A DNA stretch of 61,798 nt from a virus. Its lineage: Duplodnaviria > Heunggongvirae > Uroviricota > Caudoviricetes. Each line of letters begins with the position of its first letter. The first letter of the stretch is position 1. The stretch lies in IMG/VR virus record IMGVR_UViG_3300033233_000007. One strand, 5' to 3'. Both the position numbers and the translations under genes were made by a program. Shown in pieces: positions 28,149 through 37,933 of the stretch. The notes below the pieces were generated by a model that made no database searches, had not been told where the DNA came from, and worked only from the letters and a program-made list of their open reading frames with translations.

Positions 28149-28498
28149 ACAACCTTACGCTCTCTCATTTCGGCGTGCCGCCCCCGCATCCGCATCCGGG
28201 TCCCCATCCGCATCCGCATGGCCCGCGGCCTCACGGCCCCGGCGGCTACTACGGCTCGCCGATCATCTACGGCGGCGGCTATCAGCCGTACATCGCGCCC
28301 TACCCCATCGACTGTAGCGAGGTCCTGCGCTACTGCCTGCCCGTCGTCACTCCCGTGGTCGAAAAACCGCCGGTCGTGCTGGCGCCGCTTTCGGGCATGG
28401 GCGAGGAGAATTTGAACGCCGGCGCCGTTGCCGCCTTTGGGCTCGGCGCGCTCTTCGGGTTCGTCGTTCTGCCTTCACTGATTAAGAAACGGTCTTAG
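28145..28498 (+). CDS. His/Pro-repeat membrane protein
   Basis: PHPHPGPHPH N-terminus, C-terminal TM. Confidence 0.7.
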   Translation: MNNLTLSHFGVPPPHPHPGPHPHPHGPRPHGPGGYYGSPIIYGGGYQPYIAPYPIDCSEVLRYCLPVVTPVVEKPPVVLAPLSGMGEENLNAGAVAAFGLGALFGFVVLPSLIKKRS

Positions 28499-28507
28499 GA
28501 GGATTTT

Positions 28508-28786
28508 ATGGACAGCAAGATGCTCAAAGACGCCGCCCTGTTCGGCGGCATCGGAGTGGTCGCGGGTCTGATCTTCAAGAAGGACCCCGTGATCTTCGGC
28601 ATGATCGGCGCGGCTGCCGGCCTCGGCAAGAACCTGATCGAAAGCGCGGCTGCCAAATCCGCGCTTGACAAGGCCGTCTTGGCCGAGCGGGCCCGCCGCT
28701 TCGCCGCGGAGTCCGCCGGTCAGATGCCTCCGCAGTTGGCGGCGCCGAAGCCCGGTATGGGCCCCGTGCCCGAGCCGATGTTCTAG
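28508..28786 (+). CDS. Small membrane protein
   Basis: Two hydrophobic helices. Confidence 0.7.
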   Translation: MDSKMLKDAALFGGIGVVAGLIFKKDPVIFGMIGAAAGLGKNLIESAAAKSALDKAVLAERARRFAAESAGQMPPQLAAPKPGMGPVPEPMF

Positions 28787-28793
28787 AGGAACC

Positions 28794-29333
28794 ATGTCTA
28801 ACGGACTCGGACTCACAGTAGACGAGATGCGTCACATGTCGCGTGCGGCGCAGCGTTACCAGTTCGCGGCGACGCAGGACAAGCATCCTGCCGTGGCGTT
28901 TCTGCATAACGCCTATGCCGTGGCGATCATGGACAGTCTGCGCGATCTGGCATCGGACGAATTCGTCATGAGGACGACGGGCGAGAACCCCGCAACGCTC
29001 CGGTCCGAAGCGCGAAAGTTTCAGGACAAGCTCGAACTCTCGGCGAGATCGCTTGCCAAAAAGTCTGGCCTTGGAGAAGGCGAGGCGCCCTTTCACAGGA
29101 CGCTCTGGGGGAACGTACTTATCGGCGGTGCCTTTACCGGCCTGGCGACGTGGCTCATCGGTGGACGGCCGCTTACGGGTGTGCTGGTCGGCGCCGGCAT
29201 GGGCGCGGCCAAGCACATGCTCGTCAACGGCTTCGAAGGCCGGCCCGCGACGGCGCCGCACGTGCCGGAAGCGGCGAAGTTGCCGGAGCTTGTGCCGCCG
29301 ACGGGAAGGCTTCCTGGCATCCTGATTTCTTAA
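28794..29333 (+). CDS. Membrane-associated protein
   Basis: C-terminal hydrophobic hairpin like 27441 and 28508. Confidence 0.7.
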   Translation: MSNGLGLTVDEMRHMSRAAQRYQFAATQDKHPAVAFLHNAYAVAIMDSLRDLASDEFVMRTTGENPATLRSEARKFQDKLELSARSLAKKSGLGEGEAPFHRTLWGNVLIGGAFTGLATWLIGGRPLTGVLVGAGMGAAKHMLVNGFEGRPATAPHVPEAAKLPELVPPTGRLPGILIS

Positions 29334-29339
29334 GGACTT

Positions 29340-29837
29340 ATGGCCCGCTACACAACATCGATCGTCGACCGCATCCTTGACGCCGTGGCCGGGCTTGCCG
29401 AAAAGCCGTCAGGCCGGGCCTGTGATGAGGCCATCGTCGACGTCGTGGCCAGTCACACGTCCCATAATCCGCTGGCCGACGCGGCGCTGGCTTTCGACGC
29501 CTACTACGACCACGGTGATGAAGAGGGGACGCTCGACAGGATCGAGGAAGCCGCGCGGGTTGAAGAGCACAGGATCGAAGAATGGCTTAACGATGATCCG
29601 CGCGTGGAGGAGATGGAAAAGAAGTACGACGTCCAAATCACGTTCACGCTCGACTGGGAAGGCGATGGGTTTTATCTTCACGCCGCCATTGAAAGGCCCG
29701 ACGCCGAAGAGGAGGAAGAAGAGGAGGAAACTGAAGTCGCGGCCAACCAGGGTTCGCTGCCCGGCGAAGATGTGCCTGAAGAGGACGAAGAAGAGGACCC
29801 GATAGCCGAAGAAATGCAAGAGAATGACGAGGACTAG
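29340..29837 (+). CDS. Highly acidic protein (possible DNA mimic)
   Basis: D/E-rich. Confidence 0.7.
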   Translation: MARYTTSIVDRILDAVAGLAEKPSGRACDEAIVDVVASHTSHNPLADAALAFDAYYDHGDEEGTLDRIEEAARVEEHRIEEWLNDDPRVEEMEKKYDVQITFTLDWEGDGFYLHAAIERPDAEEEEEEEETEVAANQGSLPGEDVPEEDEEEDPIAEEMQENDED

Positions 29838-30269
29838 GTGGCCAAACACTCCGAATACATTGCTGCCTTCGGTTTTGAAAAGGGCGAAGCAATTTTCAAG
29901 GCCATGCGGAAAGAGCTTGGCGATGACGATCGTGACCGCACGGATTCCGTTGACGCCGCGCTGGACGCCGTCGGCGAAATTTTGGGCGGCTCCGGCGTTG
30001 AGGCCATTAACGGAGAGCATGAGGAGCACGTCGACAGTTACTACCTCGACATTATCTTGCTTTACGTGAACATGGGCAATCCGTACGTCACGACGGTTCT
30101 CTACGATACGCAGGCCGACAGCTTCCTCGTCGGAAACTGGGGCGGCTGGCTTGAGGCGTATCAGGCGGAGATGGAGGAAGAACCTGAAGAGGAGCGCGGC
30201 CTTTTTGATGAAGACGATCCCGCTGAAGACGATCCCGCTGAAGACGAGAGTGTGGAGGAAACCGCTTGA
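29838..30269 (+). CDS. Acidic protein with ERGLFDE tag
   Basis: NMGNPYVTTVLY..F..GNWG core; tag at 30192-30212. Confidence 0.7.
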   Translation: MAKHSEYIAAFGFEKGEAIFKAMRKELGDDDRDRTDSVDAALDAVGEILGGSGVEAINGEHEEHVDSYYLDIILLYVNMGNPYVTTVLYDTQADSFLVGNWGGWLEAYQAEMEEEPEEERGLFDEDDPAEDDPAEDESVEETA

Positions 30270-31303
30270 AGCATCGTAGCCGCATTCGCCGTAACCCATG
30301 GACCGAGTCCATGAAGCAGGCGCTCGGCGGCTATACCCCCAACGGTACGCCCGTCCGCGTTCTCGGTCGCCATGGGCTCGAAGGCAGAATCGAATGGCAG
30401 CGCGGCCGGCCCGACCCCGGCAGTCGCCCCGTCGTCGGACACGGCGCGGAGGTTTTCTTCAAAATCATCTTCGACCAGCCGATCCCGCTACGGGCGTATA
30501 TCGACGCCGTCGGCCACCATGACGTGCAGCGCACGCTCGACAGTCTGGCGTCTATGGGCGCGCTTCCGCCGCAGGCCACGATCCGCATGACCACGGACGA
30601 AGCTCTGTTACGCGGAACGCAATCGTTGCTCAGGGCCAAGCCTGTTGAGCAGGTTTTGGCCATGGGCATTCTCATCACGTTCGTTATTGCGCCATGGCGG
30701 GCGGTCAAGGTCAACCTCGAAAAACTCAAGCAGATGTGGTTCGTTGAAATCACCAGCGGCACAGGAAGCCTTCATGAAAAGCTCATGGTCGTGCCCGCGC
30801 GGTTCGTCGGGCCATATACGTGGGAAGGCGGCAGCGGCTGGCGGTTCGAACTCATCGATCCCGAGTACGCTTCAGCGTGGCAAAAAGAATTCGGCCCCGT
30901 GACGGACGCGGTCAAGGGGACTTACAGCGATTATGTCGGCTTTGTGCCTCATGCGTGGGTCCGGCTGATGGAAAAAGCCAAGGTCAAACTGCCGGCTTAC
31001 ACGGTCAGGAACGAGGGGACGCGTGAACCTATCGCCGCTTTCGCCGAGCCCGTGACGATAGATGAGATCACTCTCGTCTTCGACAAGTACGCCGAGAGAG
31101 TACCGTGGGCCAAGGAACTGTCGTCGGAGGCGATGACAATAAAGAAAAACAAAACTCTTCGAGACATCCTTCAGCTTTTTGTTGTTAGCATCCGCGACAG
31201 CGACCTTCGCAGTTACGCCATCCGACCGCTCCGGGACGAGTACGCGCAGTCGCTCATCGCCGAGTTCACAGGCGTCGAGACGGGTGAGTTCGAAATCACG
31301 TAA
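30266..31303 (+). CDS. Hypothetical protein with N-terminal RRNP
   Basis: ORF. Confidence 0.7.
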   Translation: MKHRSRIRRNPWTESMKQALGGYTPNGTPVRVLGRHGLEGRIEWQRGRPDPGSRPVVGHGAEVFFKIIFDQPIPLRAYIDAVGHHDVQRTLDSLASMGALPPQATIRMTTDEALLRGTQSLLRAKPVEQVLAMGILITFVIAPWRAVKVNLEKLKQMWFVEITSGTGSLHEKLMVVPARFVGPYTWEGGSGWRFELIDPEYASAWQKEFGPVTDAVKGTYSDYVGFVPHAWVRLMEKAKVKLPAYTVRNEGTREPIAAFAEPVTIDEITLVFDKYAERVPWAKELSSEAMTIKKNKTLRDILQLFVVSIRDSDLRSYAIRPLRDEYAQSLIAEFTGVETGEFEIT

Positions 31304-31314
31304 TTGGAGGACCT

Positions 31315-32190
31315 ATGCCCCGCTATGATATCGGAGTACGGACGAACAAAGGACGCATGCAGGTTTTCAGTATCAACGCCGGCAGCGCCGCCGAGGCCAA
31401 GGCCAAACTGCGTAAGCGCCTCTACGCCGACAATCCCTCCCGCGGCAAGTACGTCCGTGAGCGCAAGGCCGACCCCACGCTCTTCGACCATCGCAGCTTC
31501 AGGACGAAGACCGTGAACGACCATCGCGTCGTCGTCGCCTGCCCCAAGGGGAAGTGGAACGCGCGTACGGGTCGCTGTACGGTCGGCATGCGCGCGCAAA
31601 CGCTCTTGCATCCCATGAAGAAAGGCGTGAAGAGGAATCCGGCCGAGTACACGATCGGTCGCGGACCTACGGAACGGAGGATCAGCGCGGCGCAGAAGCG
31701 GCGGATGGCGTGGAATCCTCGATCAAAAAGAATCACGGCGGAATATGCCATTCAACAGGCTTTCCTGTACGCGAGAGACGGACTCACGGGGGGCGCGGAA
31801 GAATGGCTCCAAATGGCCGTGAGACGTGGTGCGTCACCGTCAAAGGTCGCTGGAGTCAAGCGTTCTATAACGACCGCGAGAGAAAAGCGAAAGATTCGGC
31901 AGAGTTGGGAGCGCGAAGCCGTTCATAAAAACCCCGCCGAACTCGATCCCGTAAACGGCGGCGCCGCATTCGAGCAGGACTGGCAGGCCTTCGAAGAGGG
32001 CGCCATCTACAAGATCGCCGCCCGGTACGACAGCTTCAAGCCGCAGTACGCCAAGAGCCAGACGGAGATGACGCGGACGTTCCGCGAGTTTTCGAAGAAG
32101 TACCCGCAGGAGCGAATCGACGTCGTTGACATGCGGGCGCCGCGTCACGTCATGGAGAACCCGCCACGAGGCATCGAATTTCTCGACTAG
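31315..32190 (+). CDS. Basic NP-punctuated polyprotein
   Basis: 5 NP sites separating short modules. Confidence 0.7.
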   Translation: MPRYDIGVRTNKGRMQVFSINAGSAAEAKAKLRKRLYADNPSRGKYVRERKADPTLFDHRSFRTKTVNDHRVVVACPKGKWNARTGRCTVGMRAQTLLHPMKKGVKRNPAEYTIGRGPTERRISAAQKRRMAWNPRSKRITAEYAIQQAFLYARDGLTGGAEEWLQMAVRRGASPSKVAGVKRSITTAREKRKIRQSWEREAVHKNPAELDPVNGGAAFEQDWQAFEEGAIYKIAARYDSFKPQYAKSQTEMTRTFREFSKKYPQERIDVVDMRAPRHVMENPPRGIEFLD

Positions 32191-32196
32191 GAAGAC

Positions 32197-33603
32197 GTGA
32201 CCAGAAATCCCATGTACGAATCCCCGCGCAGTCGCCGGCTTCGCTTCGACCTCGAGGGCATGAAGCGCTTGAAGGCGGAAAGTACGATCTTCGGCTTCAC
32301 GGCGACCGGCGATCCGCCGGAGCGGTATGTCGTCACGTTCAAAGGCAAGAGTTTTTCCGGGCCCGATAAGGTCGTCAACCATCAGGAAATCGAAATCGAC
32401 CTGGGTGCGGAGTACCCCCGAGGCATGCCTAACATCCAATGGAAGAGCAAAGTCTTCCACCCCAACATTTCGTCAAACGGCGGCGTGTGCCTCGGCAACT
32501 ACTTCTCCGAGTGGTCGCCTGCAGCCGGCGTCGTGGGCATCTGCGGCATTCTCTGGGACATGGCCCGATGGGCCAACTTCAACATCAACAGCCCCTATAA
32601 CGGCGACGCCGCTATGTGGTTTCGCCATCAAACGAAGTACCGCTTCCCCATTGACGTGCGATCCCTCAGAGACAAGGTTGACCCGCCATCGGACGCCGTG
32701 TCATCGAAGCCCGCGTGCGCGTCGCCGCCGGATGAGGATATTCTTATCATTGAGAATCCGCCTCCTCCGCTTCAGGACGGCGACCGCGTTCGTCATCTCC
32801 GAAAAGAGGGATGGGTCGGCACGGTCGAGCACGTTGGCCATCCTATCGGCGGGTTTAAGGGCGTGTCGGTTCTGTGGGATCACCAAGCCATGCTCGGGCC
32901 CGACCCATCGGTGCGGCCGTCCGATGTCGTGAAGATTTCGGAGAACCCGCGTGTGCCTCGGTCGGGCAAACCGAGATCGTGGATGCCGAAGATGGTGCAG
33001 TGGAGTTTCCACGAGCCCGCGGCAAAGGACATCCAAGCCCATCTCCGTTCTTTCGGCCTTTACGCCGACATCTCGATGCAAAGCAGACGCATCCGCGAGG
33101 AGCCGTACGTCGAACACGTCTACAGGGTCATCGTACCCGCGTGGCAACTCGATCAGGCCAAGAGAATCCTGAAATCTGGAAAACACGGATGGAACCCGCT
33201 GACCGCGGACGAGCGCGCCACCCTTCAGCGCCGCAGCGCCTCTTTCGCCCGCCGTGCCGACGACTACCCGCTCGACACGCCGCACCGTGCTTACTGGACC
33301 GCGCGGCAACATGAGGCGAGGACGTTGTCGGAAGCGGCGGACGTGGCCGACCTCGAACTGCCCAACGCCGTCGCCGCGAATCCCGACGACCTCTTCTGGA
33401 AAGTCCGCGACTGGCTCGACAATCTTTCCGACATCGCCGACCTCCATAGAGAGAAGTACCCCCACGAGTCCGTGAAGACCGCGCTGCGTTACGCCGAACG
33501 CGTCATGCTCTCCCGCTATGGCCGCCCCGATCCCGAGTTCTTGAAAGAGGCCAGGCGGCAGATCGGAGAACTCAGAGAATTCGCAGAGTCGGAGGGAGCG
33601 TAG
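32197..33603 (+). CDS. NP-punctuated polyprotein with N-terminal E2/UBC domain
   Basis: EYPRGMP..FHPNISSNGGVCLG (catalytic Cys codon 32488-90)..SPYNGDAA. Confidence 0.9.
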   Translation: MTRNPMYESPRSRRLRFDLEGMKRLKAESTIFGFTATGDPPERYVVTFKGKSFSGPDKVVNHQEIEIDLGAEYPRGMPNIQWKSKVFHPNISSNGGVCLGNYFSEWSPAAGVVGICGILWDMARWANFNINSPYNGDAAMWFRHQTKYRFPIDVRSLRDKVDPPSDAVSSKPACASPPDEDILIIENPPPPLQDGDRVRHLRKEGWVGTVEHVGHPIGGFKGVSVLWDHQAMLGPDPSVRPSDVVKISENPRVPRSGKPRSWMPKMVQWSFHEPAAKDIQAHLRSFGLYADISMQSRRIREEPYVEHVYRVIVPAWQLDQAKRILKSGKHGWNPLTADERATLQRRSASFARRADDYPLDTPHRAYWTARQHEARTLSEAADVADLELPNAVAANPDDLFWKVRDWLDNLSDIADLHREKYPHESVKTALRYAERVMLSRYGRPDPEFLKEARRQIGELREFAESEGA

Positions 33604-33604
33604 C

Positions 33605-34600
33605 GTGGACGACTGGAAGTGGTATCAACTGAAGTACGACGTGGCTTCCAATACCTACGTCGTCGCTAATCAGATTCTCTCGTGGGCGACGCGCGTTTTT
33701 CCGCACGAGCTTGAGCAGTACGGCATCCATTCCCAAAGCGACATCGCCGCCGACGCCAGACGCCGCCCCGGCGTGTGGATGCTGTTCTTTTCGGACCAAG
33801 TAGACCGCGGGCTCTTCGACGAGAACCCCTACAGCCCGAATCTCACGTACCATGAGGCCGAAGAGCTTTTCGCCAAGGCGCGGAAGCACTACAGAGACGT
33901 GCCTGTATTCGAGATCAGAACCGTCGAGCCCGAAGACCTCTTCGGCGAAGAGCGCACGGAGCGCGTGAAGGTCGGCACGAAGCGAGAGCTTTCCGTCCAA
34001 GACATGCGCCGCCCGCTTGGCTCGAACACATGGCTCGAGAAGCGCGACGGCGATTACGCGGTCAAGCTCTACTGGACGGACGTCGTGACGGTTCATCCCG
34101 ACGGGACCTATACGATCCAAACGGGCGGCTGGCATACGAACGTGACGAGAGACCGGATCAACATGATTCTGCAGCACCATGGCCTCAATGTCTGGAGCCG
34201 GAGAGTGCGCACGGGCACAAAGGTCGTCCCGCCCGATGAACTCTTCGGCAGAGAAAGGCGGATCGGCCAATACGAGACCGACTGGTGGGTCTTCCGCTAC
34301 GACGGAAAAGACTGGCAGCCGACGACGCCTGTTGGAGACGGCGTGCGCATCGACGCCATGGGCCGGAAGATGCCGTGGCTTCATCGCGTTCAAAGGTTCC
34401 ACCGTAACCCCGGAGACAACGTCGATCGTGCGTACGGCCGCTGGCAGGAGACCATGAAGCTCCGCAAGCGCTGGCCTTTCAAGAGCCCGCCGCCTCATCC
34501 CATGTACACGGCACAGGAGATCGCCGGCATGGAGCGCTTGAGTGATGAAGAGACGCAGGAGCTTTACGCCATGGCGCGCAAGGCGCTGGGGGCGGTGTAG
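33605..34600 (+). CDS. Polyprotein with GLFDENP junction
   Basis: Second module has TGGWHTNVTRDRIN motif. Confidence 0.75.
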   Translation: MDDWKWYQLKYDVASNTYVVANQILSWATRVFPHELEQYGIHSQSDIAADARRRPGVWMLFFSDQVDRGLFDENPYSPNLTYHEAEELFAKARKHYRDVPVFEIRTVEPEDLFGEERTERVKVGTKRELSVQDMRRPLGSNTWLEKRDGDYAVKLYWTDVVTVHPDGTYTIQTGGWHTNVTRDRINMILQHHGLNVWSRRVRTGTKVVPPDELFGRERRIGQYETDWWVFRYDGKDWQPTTPVGDGVRIDAMGRKMPWLHRVQRFHRNPGDNVDRAYGRWQETMKLRKRWPFKSPPPHPMYTAQEIAGMERLSDEETQELYAMARKALGAV

Positions 34601-35907
34601 TGGAGGCGTTCGAAAGGGAAGAGTATTTCTATAAGGACGCTCCGCCTCTCGATCTGGGTAACTGGCATCGCAGTAACGATTACTGGTATTCGCACGGGCG
34701 GTACGACATCAAAACGTTCAAGGGAACGGAGTTTGAAACGGTCTATGGGGATAAATGGATTCTGGCCGGGCCACCTAAAGGCCGGCACATCGCTTATGCC
34801 GATCGACCCGATCAACTGACGAAAAAGGCGCACGATCATTATCACGAAGGATTCGGCCTCTTCGACGAGAACCCCTGTGTCGATACGCGCCGTACTGGAC
34901 GATTCAGGTTTGTTGGATGGGCATACTCCCCCGGTTTTCATTCAGTCAGCGCTGTCTTTGAAGACCCCGAAGGCGCGAGCACCGGCTTCTTTTTCTACAC
35001 GTCCGTGGGCCAGCACGCAGAGGCGGGTCATAAATATGTTACGCATCTTCCTCGAAGGGAACGATGGGTAAGCCGTGTAGAAGCAGAAAAGCTCGATCCC
35101 TCGACCGTCACCGAAGTGACGAGCATGTACGGACGGATACCGGGTGTGGGTGAGGGTGGTCTCTTCGACGAGAACCCCGTTGACCCGCCGAAGCGCGGCC
35201 AGGCTTACACGGTCGGTAGAGACTACGACAGGCTTTGGGTCATCGGCGTCGAGCCGCGTCGTTACGAAAATGTCGTCAGGCTCAGCACAAGGGCGCCGAC
35301 GGCGCGCAGAAGCTTGGACGTGATTACACACAGCTACACCCTTGCCAACTTCATGTCACTCGTTCAATCCGGCTGGTGGCGTCGTGCGCCCGAAAGAGAC
35401 GTGGAGCGCGGCCTCTTCGATGAGAACCCCGCCCGACCCGACTACAACGTCCTGCCAGTGTTCGCCAGCGCTCCCATCACCGGCTACATGGACGGCGGTC
35501 GCGTCAAAGAGCGGTTCCTCAATCACGCGGCAAACTACCTTCGTACGGTTGGCCGTCACCTGCTCGCGCGCGGCATGTTCGAGCAGAGCGTCCATATCAA
35601 CCGCGGCGGCGTCGCCGTCAGTGGCGAAGTCTACGGTGAGTTCCGCTCGTCGCATGAAGACGTTGGCGTCTTCGTGGAGATTTCATCGACGCCCGTGTTT
35701 CAAAACCGGCCCGACAGCGTCATCATCCGCGCGGTCTGGCGGGCTCGAAGGCGCGAGCGTATGCACACGCCGGAAGGCCGTAACAACTGGATCGTCGCTA
35801 ACAGAAATGCCGGCGACTTGGCTAACGATCTTTACGGCCTGCAGCGCCTCGGCGTCCGAGAAGGCGTGGCGCAAGGCGTTGAAGATCGCGGCCTTTTTGA
35901 CGAGTAG
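34600..35907 (+). CDS. Four-module polyprotein (3x GLFDENP, terminal RGLFDE)
   Basis: Junctions at about 34855, 35158 and 35404; tag 35884-35904. Confidence 0.8.
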   Translation: MEAFEREEYFYKDAPPLDLGNWHRSNDYWYSHGRYDIKTFKGTEFETVYGDKWILAGPPKGRHIAYADRPDQLTKKAHDHYHEGFGLFDENPCVDTRRTGRFRFVGWAYSPGFHSVSAVFEDPEGASTGFFFYTSVGQHAEAGHKYVTHLPRRERWVSRVEAEKLDPSTVTEVTSMYGRIPGVGEGGLFDENPVDPPKRGQAYTVGRDYDRLWVIGVEPRRYENVVRLSTRAPTARRSLDVITHSYTLANFMSLVQSGWWRRAPERDVERGLFDENPARPDYNVLPVFASAPITGYMDGGRVKERFLNHAANYLRTVGRHLLARGMFEQSVHINRGGVAVSGEVYGEFRSSHEDVGVFVEISSTPVFQNRPDSVIIRAVWRARRRERMHTPEGRNNWIVANRNAGDLANDLYGLQRLGVREGVAQGVEDRGLFDE

Positions 35908-35910
35908 AGC

Positions 35911-36192
35911 ATGACCCCCACCGAACTCATTCTCATGGCCAACAAGCACTACCCGGAAGGGTTTCTCCTTCGGTATTTTGACGAAAGGACGGGTCGTAAG
36001 AAGGAGGGTCACGGTGACACGCTGGCGTTCTCGATCGTCTTGAACCTCGTGGAGACGTTTGACGAGTCCCTGACGAGCGAAGACCAGGCCGCTGAAGGCG
36101 TTCGCGTCATCGACAGCTTGGTCGACGATCTCGAGCGCGTCAAGCGGGGGCTCCTCGCAGAACCGCCGGAAAGGGGCCTGTTCGATGAGTAG
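35911..36192 (+). CDS. Hypothetical protein ending ERGLFDE
   Basis: ORF. Confidence 0.75.
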   Translation: MTPTELILMANKHYPEGFLLRYFDERTGRKKEGHGDTLAFSIVLNLVETFDESLTSEDQAAEGVRVIDSLVDDLERVKRGLLAEPPERGLFDE

Positions 36193-36856
36193 TCCAAGAA
36201 AACCCTACTACACCGACGCCGAGTATCAAAAGCTAGCGGAGGAGGCTGTGGCTCGCTATGCCCCCAGCGCCCGCGAGGCCCGGTCCTTTGCGTACCGCGG
36301 CGACCTCCCGCTCGGCAAGACGTGGGCGTACACGTTCGGCATGAGTCGCGACAGCGGTCTTCTTGAGCAGAGCAACTTCGACGTGATTTCGCAGAACCTC
36401 AAGGAAGCGTTCCCCGAAGACGTCGAGATCGAACGATCTAGCCATTGGGCCGTCGGATGGATGGATCAAATTGCCGTTCACATGCTCGACGATAGCGGCC
36501 GCGCCACACCTGCAGGTCGTCATGTGCTGGACTGGAAGGCGAAGCTCCTGGACTATCCCGTGGCGGACGAGGAGCACTACAGCGAACGGCAAACCGAAGC
36601 CACGTTCGAGAATATCGTCAGCGCTCTTGGAGATGTCGGGTTCACTCGCGGAGACAGCAAAATGAAAGAAGTCGCTGGAGAGGTTTGGCAGTGGTTCTCC
36701 GACAACAACGAGCGCGCCCTTGACGACGTCGACGATCAGGGGGGCTACCCGAGCGAAGAAGAGACCAGAGAAGCCCTCAAGGACCTCGACTACTTCGAAA
36801 CCGACGATGGATGGGTAAAAGAGCGCGGTCTCTTTGATGAACCTGTGGAGGACTAA
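36185..36856 (+). CDS. Acidic protein (HWAVGW motif) ending ERGLFDEPVED
   Basis: ORF. Confidence 0.75.
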   Translation: MSSPRKPYYTDAEYQKLAEEAVARYAPSAREARSFAYRGDLPLGKTWAYTFGMSRDSGLLEQSNFDVISQNLKEAFPEDVEIERSSHWAVGWMDQIAVHMLDDSGRATPAGRHVLDWKAKLLDYPVADEEHYSERQTEATFENIVSALGDVGFTRGDSKMKEVAGEVWQWFSDNNERALDDVDDQGGYPSEEETREALKDLDYFETDDGWVKERGLFDEPVED

Positions 36857-37362
36857 TGCGTACAAACCCCGTTCAAATTCGTCGCGTCTACGTCAAGACG
36901 ATGATCGATGAGAATCCTGATCTCTCGCATCTCGGCAAGTACAGCGACACGCCTGGACCTTATGCCATTGATCGCGAGGAGCGCGGAGACATGAGGCGCG
37001 GCGAGTTTCGCTACTGGAATCCCGCCATGACTGCTGAAGAAACGGGCAACCCCGATTCCGTCGAACAGGACTACAAGCGCCATGAAGCCTACGGCGATGA
37101 TCTGTGGCAGGCCATGGGTATCCGAGCCTGCGCTGAAGTCGTGGCGGGCGACACGACTCAGACGATCTGTTCGGCGGGACTCTGGGGAATCGAATCGGAT
37201 TCTGAGCCCACGTACTTCACGGGAGTTGCCGAAGAGCAGCTTGAGGAACTTTACACGATCCTCCAAGACTTCGGTATCCCTCAAGCCAGATCGCGATCCG
37301 TTCGCGTCGAGTACCCGGAAAACATCGAGCCGGCTGAGGAGCGGGGGCTGTTCGATGAGTAG
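36856..37362 (+). CDS. Acidic protein (GLWGIESD motif), MRTNP start, ERGLFDE end
   Basis: ORF. Confidence 0.75.
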   Translation: MRTNPVQIRRVYVKTMIDENPDLSHLGKYSDTPGPYAIDREERGDMRRGEFRYWNPAMTAEETGNPDSVEQDYKRHEAYGDDLWQAMGIRACAEVVAGDTTQTICSAGLWGIESDSEPTYFTGVAEEQLEELYTILQDFGIPQARSRSVRVEYPENIEPAEERGLFDE

Positions 37363-37933
37363 GAATCCGAAGACGTACAGCTATGATGACCTTGAGTGGC
37401 ATGCCGCTGAGAAGGCGCTTGAAGGGGCGCGGGAGCGCGGCTACGGCGGCGAGCTTGAGGAGGATGATGTCCGCGACATCATCGAGTTCACCCTCAAGTC
37501 CTACGGCTTCCGCGTAGAGGACCCCGAGCGCGGTATGCAGTGGGAGATCGACTTCATGCGGCCCGGAGACTCGCATGTAAAGTTCAGCGCGCTTGTCGCC
37601 GACATACCGAAGTTCTTTGCGGCTCATAAGGGCCTCGCCGTGGAGCCCGAAAGTCTGTTTGAAGAGTTTCTCGACGAAGACGCCATCTCCTTTGTTCGCG
37701 TGAACATGGACGGGTCCGTAGACATTTCACTCAAGGACGATGACCTGACGGACGACGAACTGGAAGACTTGTCGGCTATTGAAGAAGAAGTAGAGAAAAT
37801 TGCCGACGATGCGGGCAATAAGGCCCTCTGGGCCGTCGTCAAGGAGTACGAGGCCCGTAACAGCGACAAGGCCGTCGAAGAGCGGCTCAGGAAAGAGAAG
37901 ACGCGCTTTACGGAAGAAGGAAGGTTCGCGTGA
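37355..37933 (+). CDS. Acidic protein, MSRNP start
   Basis: ATG embedded in upstream GATGAGTAG. Confidence 0.75.
   Translation: MSRNPKTYSYDDLEWHAAEKALEGARERGYGGELEEDDVRDIIEFTLKSYGFRVEDPERGMQWEIDFMRPGDSHVKFSALVADIPKFFAAHKGLAVEPESLFEEFLDEDAISFVRVNMDGSVDISLKDDDLTDDELEDLSAIEEEVEKIADDAGNKALWAVVKEYEARNSDKAVEERLRKEKTRFTEEGRFA

Noticed and set aside
30210-30250. 15-nt tandem repeat (EDDPA) and PH repeats at about 28180
   Set aside because: Ordinary low-complexity coding repeats.
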